A stretch of DNA of 64,000 nucleotides from Zygnema circumcarinatum SAG 698-1b (taxonomy: Eukaryota > Plantae > Zygnematophyceae): the NCBI GenBank assembly GCA_037447605.1, contig CM074805.1:1893361-1957360 (forward strand), read 5' to 3'. Shown piece by piece: positions 29,243 to 41,630 of the stretch. The position numbers and the translations under genes are program-made. Numbering within the stretch: position 1 is the stretch's first letter; every line of letters starts with the position of its first letter. A model generated the notes under the pieces. That model saw only the letters and a program-made list of their open reading frames with translations, did not search any database and had not been told where the DNA came from.

Positions 29243-31681
29243 ATTAGAGGCCCTGTTTGATACAGCAACGCATCCCGTATTGTATGCATCAAAACCGATT
29301 GGCTCAGGAAGGGTAGCGTGGAGAGCTGTTAACTACAGACCAATGCATCGAACATTTTTTTCGTTTATGCGGTTAGGGTAAATAATGGTTTGTGGGTCTT
29401 CTGTTAGCGAATGTTGGCGAAGACCCCAATTCTTTTATAATTCGTTAGATATTGTAGGGGTTACTTTTTCATTATGTAACACTGTTATTGATGAACATAA
29501 AAGAAGTTCTTGGTGAACCCCTTTTCAGTGTCTGAGGCATTGGCGACTGCTGGGCTTGGAGTCCGCCCTTGCTGGACCCACATGGTGTGCGTCTCACTAG
29601 ATGAATGATGAAAGTGTTCCTATATGTGCATTTTTAGGAGACAACGAGGAAAACAAAACAAAATGAGTCTGCCTCTCGCGAAGGACTGCTGCATCGCACC
29701 TCCGTCTCATGAAGATGCCCCCGCTATCCCACAGGGTCCAAGGGGAAAGTTTTGCCATGCCAGCTCGATGATTTTGAGGGCTTTGCAGACCCCTGGACCC
29801 AAGATTCGCGTAAGGAAAGGGAAATGTCTAACTGCATTAGCACTCGCAAATTTAGTGCAAATTTTTGCATTTGCGTAAGCTGTGGGAATCACGATTTCCC
29901 TGTTCGATCTGGTCGATGAATCCAAATGGAAGGACCTTTCGTGCTCATTTTAAAAATGTTTATGAACAGGCGTCCCAAAGTTGGTATAGCCTTCTCTGGT
30001 AGTTGCCAACATAGCTCTCTACTTCTGAAGCAGGTTTAGAGATTCTGTCTGGCACTGTTTCGGGTGGACTGGGAATTATTCTTGCTGGTTGTGGTAGGCT
30101 TATTATTCTTTACCGTTGCGGAAATTGAATGTGGTTTGAGGAAACTGGAACTCTTTCTTGTGCCCCTTGACGCCGTTCTTGCGAGTTCCCTGAGAGAGCG
30201 CCTCCGGCACAATTGTGGATATTGATCGGACACATTTGCCCTTCGCCAATTGGAAATTTAAGAGTGCCTGTCACTGGATTTGGGCGCTTTGCCTTGACCC
30301 TCTGTGTGTTCAAGAGTTTATATGAAATGGATTCTGGGGAGGACTCATAGGTGCCATAGCTAAATCCTGGCGTAATTGATGGTTGCGAGTTAATATTGCT
30401 TCTGACTGTCGATTGTAAGAAACGATATTGAATCAGGTGTGGCTCCGCGTTCGGTATGAAGTATGATAGTCGTTCTTCTCGCATTCAGAAACAAGGAACC
30501 TTCTGGTGTGTGTGGAAGATGCAGGAAAGAAAACATGTTGGCATGAGGGAAACACAAGTGCTGGAAATGGCAGAGTTCATCACAAGCAATGCGGAAATTA
30601 ACAGACAGGAAATGTTCACGCCCTGCCCAGTAAGAGTCAGCGAGGAAGCGACCTCTGTTAGCCGGAGAGCTTGCGAGGCACAAGAGGACGTGGCGATTCT
30701 CGCAGTCTGTGATGAAGGGATTGAACTGCGTACCGTTTTGAGGTCAGACTTCCGTAGACCTGCCTGACATCATCAGCTGAAGATCCAAATTCTCTGTTTT
30801 CCTTCTTTAAAACGCGGAAAAGACGCAGCATTTTGAAATGAGGAGAAAATGGCATTGATCTCACGATGGCGAGGCCATCAAATGTACATGGACAAAAGCA
30901 GCATGGGGAACCACGAGGAACTGGTCGCTAAGGACCTAAGCATTCTGAAATCGATTCAACCCAGTAAGCATGTCATTGCTACCTTTCCCCCAAAACGGAA
31001 ATCTTTTCTTCCCCGGCAAACAATGACCGCTTTGCGGATATGTTTCCCATGGTGAAACTCTATAATTTAGGCAAAAGTACCAATATATCTATGAAAATTG
31101 ACACCCTCTAATACGCAAAGACGGAGTTTGAGCAAGCACGTAACGATTCAGAATCGCATAGGAAAGGAAGTTTTGTTTTGTTTTCTATTTCTAATCAACA
31201 ATGTCTTTCCTTCGTCTGACCAAGTTTTTGAAGTGCGGAATTTTGATGTTGTTGCGCTATAACTTTGACAAGAGATGGCAATTGGCTATTGGCGATTCCG
31301 TCTATTTGTCTGATGGACACTATCAAAGGCCGTACAAGGAGTTTCCTTGTATTTGTGATCTAGACAATTTCAAGAGAGTTTTTATAAGCTGAAACATCTC
31401 AGTAACGAAAACCGTGAGAGCTGACGTCAACAATGTCTACAAAATTTCAACAATGTGATAAAGTCGGACTCTGAGACCTCTTCACAAAGTGGAAGATACC
31501 ATCCACATAAGAGGGGCGGTGAAAACAGCACCAATAAAACTTGTCCCCCTGCACAGGATGCAATGAAATCTATCATCACATCTTTGGACTTTGGAGGGAG
31601 ACATTTTCATATTCTTTCCAGCCTTGAGTGATGGTGAAGGGGGAGCCCCCCTGTTGACCGAGGAGCGAGGAGTGAAGCTGT

Positions 31682-34382
31682 TCATCCCGAGCGGGAGGAA
31701 TTGGCGGAAGGGGCCTTGCTTCCGCCCCAAATGCTGACACCTGTTATTCGTCTTGAAAACTCCTCAAAGAGTGTCCTGTTAATCCCGAGACCACCAGCAT
31801 CACAAACTCCCATTAGGCTTGCTTTAGGATGGAATTGAAGTGGTGCAACACTCCACAGATTAAAGATTGCAGTTTAGGTTCTCGTCATATAATAGCTGCG
31901 GGCTGCTTTGCTGGAGTCCTCTGCTTTAGCTCACGCAATCGGATGATAAGAGGAAAGGGTCCAATTGACGCCCATGGAGACACAAACAGAGAATTGTAGA
32001 GCAGAAGTAATGCACCAGGTAAGAGCTTGGTGAAGAGCTCTTTTTGCTACACGGGGAACAATTCCTCGAAAGAAAGCTCCCATTCCACCAGCCTGCTCAC
32101 TCAAACACACATCGTATTGCATATTGGCGTCTAATTGGAAACGACAGCTTCTGGAGCCTCCTCCAACAGCATAGGTATTTAGCACTATTCGCCTGCATTC
32201 AAAGCTCGCAACGATTCGACTGGACACCTTCTAATGCTATTAAGGACGGCAGCCTGCATACCTGCACTATACGTTGTGTTGCCTTCCACACATTCTGTTG
32301 CCCACCTTCTAGCTGGAGGCTTGTCCGAAGCTGCAAAATGAAGTGGCAGAAAACGCCACGCACAATCCCACAGAAGAATCGTTGCCATAATCAACATTGA
32401 AACCGTCATGACAGTCGGCAGGGGCATAAGCATGAAGAACTAATACACTTTACAACTTTGCAAGGACTTTGAACTTTGGACTCTTTGGACTTTGACTTTG
32501 AAGGACTTTGCAAGGAAGAGAAACCAATCCAGCAAAAGGAAGTAGGCTCATCAATGAACGACGCATGATATATGGCATGAACAGTACATAGACAGAATAA
32601 AGACATTCCTACTGTCCTTCAATGCTCACCACATCAGGGGGATGGGTAATCACTGTTGCTACCGCGCCTGCAGTGCCACCTGTGAAGTCAAACATTACAA
32701 CAAAATTCCTCAGGATTTAAGCAATGTGCGGCTAATCTCAGAGTAGTCTTGGTTTTTTCGATGAACGAAAAAAACTGCCAGCAGGGTTTCTGAAGGAACT
32801 CGGAGATAGAAACGAAAATGAGGGGTTTGGTGCTGACAAGGAGGCAGCACCTGCCTGCCAGAAGGCTGACGAGGCCTTGCTGGGATCCTTCTGGCAACAC
32901 CTTCTCTGCAACAAACGCAGCCCTACTTCCGTCAGAATAACTTTCGTGAAAGGTCGTGAGTGTGATAACTCCTTTAAAATGGTATTGCATTCACCACTTG
33001 TGCCTTTTCTTGCTGTATTGCCGATCTATCATCCTTTTCACCACGGTTTTCCGTTCCTTCTGACTCCATGAACCTAGATGCTGGGTGCTTGATCCATACA
33101 TGCATACATGATCAGTCCTCGCACATTTGGAGAGCTCACCACGGAGAGAGGAGCACAGCCGTGTGTACAAAAGAAGGTAGAGACCTGAGTAGGGTGCATC
33201 CCGGAGCAGTGTAGGGCCCAGACCACTAAAAAGGCCTGCAGAGAAAGCTCAAGAAGGCATAGGAGCTTTAACAAAAAGGTTTGATGGATGTGACGTAACC
33301 ACACAACAGAATTTTAAAGCCCTCACATAGACTAGTACCGTAATATAAATCCCAGCAAGTGAAAACTTCTGCTTCTGGCATTAGGATAACTTGCAGCATT
33401 GTGGCCGATGTCAAATTAACGAGCGAAAAAACATTCCCTTAACAAAAGTATACAGAGCTCGAGTTTTCACCAGAATACAACAAGTTTGAGAAAGTGGAAT
33501 TTAATAAATGGCCTTTGAGTATCTTTAAAACAGTGTGTGCCACTACAAGTAATGATGGTGCAATGTTGGGTTATTATCTGCAAAAGTAAGACAATAATGC
33601 AAGTCGCCATACATAATACACTCCTGCCACAGCCTATGGGTTCAAAATGAAAGCAGTGCAAGAAGGAAGTAACACTTAAACCTTACCGCGGAGCCCTTCC
33701 TTATGGGCAATTACTCGGACTGCTTGGAGAGTGCCTGTGTAAGTCGATCCAGCTACTCCTGCGTACTGCTTGTTTCAACCCAAGTTTTGCCCCACCATGA
33801 ACAGATTAATCAACATCTGAACTGGTCCCCATTTCTATGCTTCAGATAGTCGCTCACATTTTGAAGAATGATCGCCACAAAACAATAGACATTATTCACA
33901 CACTCACACACCTCCATACGAGTTTTCACGACAGTCACAGGGCAGAGCAGGGTCGCTGCAATTGAACGAGTTAGAGCCCCCGCCCCAACAGTGGATGCTG
34001 CGCTGAGCTGCATGTGCTCTCCTCCACCGCCTCCTTCCCTGTTCTGTGCAGTTCGCAGAAGGTCCATAATATGGTCCAAAAGAGCAAAATAAAGCCCTGC
34101 TCCCAGGCCTACACGCACGCATGTTGGACCTGTTCCTCTCCACAATCCTCTCACACCTTCTTGGCGAATAATATCAGCAACAACGCCCTTCACAAGCCTC
34201 GTGCTGCCAACTGGCAGCGCACCAGGGGCCTGCAAATGCGTCCTTACGACGTCCAGCGGTTGCAGAAGGATGCTGCTGGCGATGCCAGACATGGCGCCTG
34301 TAACAAAGGTCAACTTCGTGCGTTTCCCACGTGAAGGTGTCTGCACCTCTTTTGTGCTCTGATGTCCTTCCATGGCTGCCAT
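31682..34382 (-). CDS. Mitochondrial carrier protein, SLC25A38/Hem25-like, 7 exons
   Basis: Three carrier signatures: QPLDVVRT, CPVTVVKTRME and HPPDVV(L)RT. Also GLWRGTGPTCVRVGLGAGLYF, LGPTLLRDAPYSGLY and FFRGIVPRVAKRALHQALTWTLFEE; stop at 31682. Confidence 0.9.
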
Positions 34383-35068
34383 TGGATTCTTATTCTGCGA
34401 GGAACTGGAACTGTAGTCAGGCTTCCTCTCTGGAAGCCCTGTTGATTCTGCCACCAGGAAGAAGTGCTTAGATCTGCAACCGTCCGTTTGTTCACTGTGC
34501 TGCTGCCACAGCACTTTCGCTTCTTGCCCTTAACTCGTCCATCATCACTCTTTATGCTTTTCTGGGTTTTTAGGCTTTAGGGTTCGAATGTTTTGCCGTG
34601 ACCACTCGCCTCCATGCAGCGAAAGCAAGTTGAATCAACTGAAATGGAAGGCCAATAATCGCAAATATGGTACGCTAACTGTTGGCTTTGCACTCGTCAC
34701 GATGTGGCTTGTGGCACTAAGGCCATCCAAAAGAAAGGGAACGAGAGTTGCTGTCATACATGCGCGGCCCTCTCGCAAGCGGAAGAAGCCACAATGCAAT
34801 GCGCTCTTCCTTCGCCTTCAAATGTCTGAGGCCAACCTCAGAGACCTGTGAGATGTAAGATTGCACGGCGAGTTTGAAAAGGCAAAAAGTAGCAAACGCC
34901 ACATTCAGCCAGCAGAAGCCAACCCAGTGGAACAAAACTCTTCTTCACCTCCTCTCTTCTCTCTCCTCCTCCCCTATCCTCTCTCGGATATCCGTACATC
35001 ACCGTACAGCACGGCACTCCTGACGAGGAGCTTTGTCACCGCAGGAGGATTAGGGCTCGCCGACGGCC

Positions 35069-36938
35069 ATGGCGGAGCCTGCGAGGGAGGAGGAGAGCGG
35101 CGCCATGGCGGCGGTGCTCGCCGCAGTGGAGAGCGATGCGCGCTCCGTCGCTGAGAGCGTGTGCGCTCTCATGGCGGATCTGCGCTCGTGCCTCGCGGAG
35201 GTCAGTCAGCTTGCAGAGCTCGAGGATGGATGTGCTGCTTGCAGGTGAATGTGAGGGTCGTTCTGTGAGTGTTGGGATAATTTTTCCGGAAAGGTTGAGC
35301 ACTAGTTAACACATCATTCCTTTGACGTTGGGAGTGAGCCCGTGTAGGCCCTGTTTTTTTTTGTTTTTTTGGAAGAGGTGATCGTACTCGAGGTAGGGAT
35401 GTAGGCGGCATAATGGAGCAAGCGGGTTTTTCTTTTGTTCGATGATGGCACATGCATGACATCAGGCGTCGCAGAACACTATAGAGCACATGGAGTGCCA
35501 CCTCGAGGCTGCAGGCCGTCTCCAAGAAGCAAGTAGGGCTTCCTTGTCCATCCCCAGAAGCTTACTGTATTTACAGAATTCTTTTTGTGGCTTTGTCTGT
35601 GAAGAACTGTGACTACACTTACGATCCATTGATTTCTTTGTCTTGAACAAAAAGGGCTATTGCGCAGGATTGAAAGCTGGCCGGTTTTTAAGACTTTAAG
35701 TCAAGTTTTGTTTGCTGCGTGTTTTTTTCGTTTCTTTTTTTCATGATGGAAGAGAGAGTGCCCTACTGTGAATGAGCCGCAGGACTCCTTATTGCCTAGA
35801 CCATAGTCTTCCTTTTTTTTTTTTTTTACCTTTGTTTGTGTTCCACTGTTGCAACCCTGTAATAACGTTCCTTTCGGAGTATGGAGCTTGAGACCTGTTC
35901 AAATGAAGTCATCATGTTGTGACTGGTTGCAGCTTTGGAAGCGGCAGCAAAGGGAAATCGATTTGTCAACGACTGTTTAAGGTGTGCCGATTGTGCTTTT
36001 GATGGTCGGATCAGGAGCTTGCTGAATTCCCCTAAGCTTGGCAATAAGAGGCACTAAGCTAAACCCGCCTCATGAGACGAGAACTTCCGTACAAACGACA
36101 GACGGCCAGATTCCATCACATTGCACCGTATTTGTTCGAGCATTCCTCTTGTACTCCACTTCATGTTTTGCCTTAGTTATAGCCATGCTATCGTTTTATT
36201 GGTGCTCCATTCCCCCTGTACAAACCCCAATGCCCGGCACTTCACGGCAATAACAGCGGTGATGAACAGCCGTGTATATCAGTAAAGCCCTGATGTTCAA
36301 ATTTATACAGACTGAACTGTTAAGCTTGCCTTTGATCTCTAGCACGAGAGTTTTACCGTTTCTGCTCCGCATTATGATACTGACAGATGTCGACCTTTGC
36401 AGGCTCAACGAGGAAATGCGTGGCATTGCTGAGGTGGCCCAACAAATGTAGGTCGCTTGCCATGAACTGAACTCTCTTTAAGCTCGAACTTGATGGCTCA
36501 AGAGTTTTCGCTGTCGAAACTGAACGATCACAAATGCTGAAAACACAAAGTTTGAGGTTCCATAGATGCAGGTGCATAATGTAAAGTGAGGCTGCAAAGG
36601 TGCGTGAGCAGTTGTCGATGGTGTTCTGCATGCACAAGAAGTTTTGCAGTTTTGCAGTTTTGCAGTTTTGCAGTTTTGCAGTTTTGTTAGAGTTCATATC
36701 CTGCCAGGCTAGCATCCTAGCATTGCTGGTCACATTTTGATTGTTGGTGTAGAAGAGGCGAGAAATTCTCGTAGATGCAATGTGAGAGGCAGCGCATCGT
36801 TTCCAAAAGCATGGAGGCTTTGGCTTTTGCCGAAACTAATCCTCTGCTCGCTGCCCTTGTCTTCACAGCAAAGCGCTGAGACAAAGGCTCGATCAGCTTG
36901 AAGCGCAGGCCTATCGGCACCTTCCTCAACTCACCTGA
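35069..36938 (+). CDS. BORCS6: BLOC-1-related complex subunit 6 (BORCS6 C-terminal helix protein), 5 exons
   Basis: In-frame splicing gives VESDARSVAESVCALMADLRSCLAE|ASQNTIEHMECHLEAAGRLQEA|TLEAAAKGNRFVNDCL|RLNEEMRGIAEVAQQI|KALRQRLDQLE, matching the plant family pattern (AAGRLQE..L.AA.KGNR.IN.CLRLNEEM). Confidence 0.8.
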
Positions 36939-38152
36939 TCGCCCTGCGAAGCACTCCCTTTGGCTTTCTCGTTGGACCAATTGCTTGCAGTTTTACGAGG
37001 AGTCGGTCCAATCTCAAAGCGTGCCATGCCAACCATGCAGACTTGTTTGCTTTTCAGCTTGCTTTCCAGTTTGACAGGTTGAATCCCAGAGAGATGTTTG
37101 ACACAAAAAGAAATACCTACAACACAGTGAATAGAGAGAGGGTGCTAGGCTCTGTACATATATACACAGTCAGCTGAATTAGAAAATCCTTATGGCTTCC
37201 TTCTTAGGAAGCACCTTCCATGAGACAGGTAGGAGTTTCCTTTCCCTTTTAGGAACGTAGATTCTGTGAAGTCTATGAAGGTAGTTCTCAACTGACTCAA
37301 ACATCTGCGTGTGAAGTTTTGGCTTGTTTGCCTCACTTAAATTTGTTGTCTCTCTGTTTGACATTGACATACCCTAATCCCAGAACCAAGGAGGGGTGGG
37401 CCCTAGCGCCTCATGGAGCAGGGGAACAGTTTAGCGTTGCGACGTAGCATAGATCCAGTAACATATCTCCGTCGTCCCACCAAGAGTGAGCAGTTCAAAG
37501 ATACGAGTCTATGAGTGTTGAGCAATTAATAGAAATATTGCTTTACACCCAAAGCAGTCGTGAGATCAATGCCACTTCCATACTTTTGTTGCTTTTCTTT
37601 CGGCAAATCTTTAGCATTTCTATCAACATGGTAAAGTGGTTCGCTGTATGCACTCAAGTGGTCCATTCCAATCCATCCACAACATTCGTCAGCGGCGACG
37701 GACGGACGGTAACCGCGGTGGGCCACAGCGGACACTTGAAATCGTCCACGCGGCGAATGCTGATTGGAAAAGCAATTTCTGATGGAGCCGCCGTTTTTTC
37801 TGCAAAGCGACGCATCCTCCGTGGCCCGTTACGAACCGTTACGCAACGCGCTCATGGAACCCGGCCCTAAAAACCCTGCACCCCACCCCTGTACGGCACC
37901 TTGCGGAATCCCGTCTCCTGATTCGTCGAAAGTCACGGGGAGTTGACTGGGGGGTTGAATAAGCCTGCCGACATGGCGCACGATGGCTCGGTCCTGACCA
38001 GTCAAGGCGCGTGTGCCCGCGAGGATACTCGGCCGGCCACGTAAGCAGTACTTCTGACGTGGTGATCTGTGATTGGCCATGCTGTATGGGGGTCGCCCTC
38101 AGATTTTCTCCCAATCTGCGCGAGCAGACAAAAGATTCAGCGCCAGATCCGC

Positions 38153-38828
38153 CACGTGAAATCCACGTGCAAATCTTGCTGACGTGACGCCCCGCGCTTA
38201 CAAGAGGTGTACGGCATTCTCCGTACAGTCCCGTGTTCCGCACAATAGTAATGCCTGAAAAAAAAGGAAGCAAAAGTTTCCAATGAGCTGCCTTACAGCT
38301 CTTTCTCGAGATCCGATTGGCCCTTGCATCTGCCCGCAAAACATCCCCCTTTCTCGTCTTCACGACTGCATTCCTATTTTCGCGAATATTCCAACAGCGA
38401 ACGGTCACGTCAATCTCCCCTCAAGGGTTGCCCTCGAAAGTAAGCCAATCAAGTTTGCCCACGTAGGCAAATACTTTACGTGGCAAGCTATTACAAAGCC
38501 AGCTCGGACCCAGTCTGCCCAATAAGGCGTCCCCTCGCTCAGATTTCCCGGCCCTCCCGAGCGAATCTTAGGGATTCTGCTCCACGTGGAAATATCTCCT
38601 TCGTGGCAGGCGGGGGGCCGGCCCAATCAGAGCGCCGGCTTTTCGAGATATTTTGGGCGGCACGATATGCCTGTCCGTACCGATGTGGGTCCCACGACCG
38701 CGAGATATTTGCAAGCCTACCGACATTTTCCGCTCTGCCCGTAAGAAAAGCGCGTCGGGCAGGCGCTCCGCCCGGCAGGCCTGAGAATCGGGCGCGGGCC
38801 GAGGGACTGCCACGTGGCGTGGCACGTG
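38153..38828 (+). promoter_or_regulatory. Promoter with three evening elements and five G-boxes
   Basis: AAATATCT 38590-38597; AGATATTTT (full evening element AAAATATCT, reverse) 38646-38654; AGATATTT 38703-38710. CACGTG at 38153, 38164, 38583, 38811 and 38823. Several CCAAT boxes. Confidence 0.75.
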
Positions 38829-38958
38829 CGGTAACGTACGGACGTACGGGACTCTTGGAAGCTGTTTAGGCGGCGCCTCTCCCTGCAGGCCAGCATTCAG
38901 CGGAGGGAGCCATGGCTGCCAGGGGAGGGGCGGCGGCTTGACAGGGAAGAGGGGCAGA

Positions 38959-41630
38959 ATGCAAACCCTAACGAGCGGGTATGGCGGCGGGAGCCTTTCC
39001 CGGAAGGCGGGCGAACATGCGGACGAATCGGAGGATGGTGGTGGAGTGGGGAGTGGGAGAGGCGGCAGTGGTCAGCACGTGATAGGGGCGCATTCCAGCC
39101 GAGGAGAGGTGACAGATGCGCAACAGGTGCGTGCTTTACTTCTCGTTTGCCAGCATCTTTTTCCATTTTTTTTTCATTCTGCCAAGGTCTACGCGCATTG
39201 GGGGCTCGGGCGAGGTAGCGGATGCATGCTTCGTTTAGGGTTTCTTGAAACGATCTATTTCCTGCGTGCGCTTGAGGGCTGGAATGGAGCATGGGCTAGA
39301 AGAGTAATTGTTTTTTGTGTGGCTGGAAGGGAGTGAGAGTGGATGTAGAGAGTGAGGGGGATTATGAGAACATCTCGTACAGTTTTAGGTTTTGAATCTG
39401 CTGGGGGCTGACGGATGAATTGTAGAATGGGTGGATGGTGAAGTGCAGGTTCCCAGCTGGTCCCTTGGAAGCAGGCTCCAGAGCGAGCAGTCATGGGGAG
39501 ATGAGACAGAGCTTGCGGTGGTTCCTGACTACAAAAGCGACAGGCTTTCTCCTGCAGAGAAGAATGCAAAGCGGCAGGTGGATGCGAAATCACAACAAGG
39601 GCATTCCTGGCCGGACGGGTCATCAGAGCACACACATGTGAGTCCATCTCTGAGGGAGGTTGAGAGTCCCGTCTCTGTTCTTCAAACTCGTGAAGAGTAA
39701 AGTTGGGGATGAGTGTTTGCAGGGGTCTCAGGGTGGGGACAGCTCGTTTCGGAATTGGAAGGTGCACAAGTGACCAAGGGCTGGGGCTTTTGCAGGGGGG
39801 AAAGGATGGCGGTGGCAGCAAGAAGGCGCGGGTATGGAAACTGCCCAGCACAATTCCGTGGTGGCCGACGTCAGCGGAAGAATGGGAGAGGCTGGCAGCG
39901 AGGAATGGAGGAGGGGCGTCAGGAGAGGAAGCGTTGCCGCAGGATTTGCTGACCGCCAGTGCGGTGCGGCAGACTATCTTGTCGCAGCAGTCCACTTTCG
40001 GAGAACAGGTGGGGACATCGTACCATGCGAATACTTTTACACCGAAAGTCTGTAAAGAATAGTGCTTATTTTGTTTCCGATTTTCTTTTGTGAGGCTTTG
40101 ACGGGGTCCTTGCTTGTGGGAGGGTTTTCTAATCAGGTGAAGGAGCTGCACCGCGTGTTGGAGCAGCAGAGAACCTTGTCCAGAAGCATGGCCAGTGGAG
40201 GAGATGGTGCTGCTCCGCAGAATTCGACCATGGCTTCCAGGCAAGCCCTTGGCGGAGAGGGGCCTCCTCAGTTAGCCTCTGATTGGAGTCAAGGGGGATG
40301 CTACAACCAGCCAAACGCGCGGATGGACCACTTGTGGCAGGGAAGCAGGGGGGCAGGTGGGCCGCCCCCTAGAAGTGGAGAGGCGTTTTCTTCGGGGAGC
40401 TGGGCGTGGGGACAGCAGCAGCACACGGAAGGAGGGCAGCCCGTTGCCTGCCCCATAGGGCCTCCGCCCCCTCTCCCTATGGCCACTTCTTCGCATTGCG
40501 ATTGGGGACATATGTCTGCCGGACAGTGGATGCAGCACTCGCTGCTGGCCACACAGGGGCCAAGAGGAGTTCCTATGTCTGCCGCAAGCTCGTGGTGGCT
40601 GGCCGGCATGCAGGGAGGCCATATGTCAGGCATAGCTCCCTGGTATGCCCATCAAGCTGCATCTGCTGCATGGGCTCAGGCTCAAGCTCAAGCTCAAGCT
40701 CAAGCTCAGGCTCAGGCTCAATCTCAGGCTCAAGCTCACGCTCAAGCTCAAGCTCAAGCTCAAGCTCAAGCTCAGGCTCAAGCTCACGCTCAAGCTCAAG
40801 CTCAAGCTCAGGTTCAGGCTCAGCATTTAGCGTCTCCTTTCTTTCAACAATGGAGGATGACAGGTGCAAACTCTGGTCCATTCCCTCAGTACGCTGATGG
40901 CGGAGAGTGGGCGGGTGGAACGGCCGCAGAGGCGAATCTTGGGCCCATGCTGTCCTGGCAGGCCCCTGCTGCGCCCATTGTGGCCCCTGCGCGGCCCCCC
41001 TTCAAGAGGCCGCCCCCGCTCGTGCTGGTCCGCGACAGGGATAAGCTCGAGCTCAAGCTGGTCGCCCCTGAACCCTCCACTACGACGGTTCGCAGGCAGA
41101 CAAGCGCAGGGAGCTCCTCGGCAGAGGAGCCTCCGGCAGGTGGACGGAAGGGGCAGGCGCAGTCGCAGGAGAGGGCTGCGAGGGAGGTGTCTAAGCAGGA
41201 GCCCCTTGAGAGGGCTTTCTCGCCGGGTGACGATGCATCAGGTGGTTCAGGAGAGGGGGTGGTCATTGATTCGAGAGAAGAGGGACCCAGATCTGGTGAT
41301 GCAGCAATCCCTCCGGATTCGTCTCAGCAGAGCCCATCACCTGGGGGACATGGGAATGCGACTGGGAGTGGGGGGGGGCACCAAGGAAGAGGCCATGAGG
41401 GAAGCAGGGGAGAGCGGCGACCTGGGGAGTGCACCATCCCGTTGAGGCCTCGACCTCGGAGACCGGAGGCGCGGAGGTTTCAGCAAGAGGAGGGTACGCA
41501 TGATAGGCCGGCTGATAATGCGAGGCACCAGCATTCGAATCTTGGTCATGAGGGAGTGATAACGGGCTGGCGACATGCGGCAGGATCAGCATTTGAGGCT
41601 GGGAGGAGGCCGGAGGGTCAAACAGGATAG
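38959..41630 (+). CDS. Uncharacterised disordered protein with a DUF863/ELF3-like ELHR helix, Gln-Ala repeat and LxLxL EAR motif; proposed exons 38959-39126, 39449-~39637, 39796-40008, 40137-41630
   Basis: The four exons join in phase 0. The junction gives [15 protein letters not shown]|[14 protein letters not shown], and LELKL is at 41046-41060. The start codon and the first two exons are less certain than exons 3-4. Confidence 0.7.
40674..40823 (+). repeat. (GCTCAA/GCTCAG)n coding hexamer repeat, ~25 Ala-Gln dipeptides
   Basis: Visible directly; third-position variation (CAA/CAG, occasional CAC, TCT, GTT) keeps the reading frame. Confidence 0.95.

Noticed and set aside
30745-30785. TGATGA...CTGA pair on the minus strand
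   Set aside because: The boxes are only ~25 nt apart, too short for a C/D snoRNA.
29900-31050. Several coding-looking minus-strand ORFs, including an MGNISAK start with a donor site
   Set aside because: Exon phases could not be reconciled and no family motif was recognised. It remains unexplained sequence, possibly a decayed gene.
39964-40175. Calling the gene ELF3 outright
   Set aside because: Only the block-II-like helix matches. Blocks I, III and IV were not found, and the RQTIL prefix and EAR motif fit DUF863-related proteins at least as well.
40573-40897. ELELEL, LSLSLS, LKLKLK and poly-Ser ORFs
   Set aside because: Shadow frames of the GCTCAA repeat; the Gln-Ala frame is the one continuous with the spliced gene.
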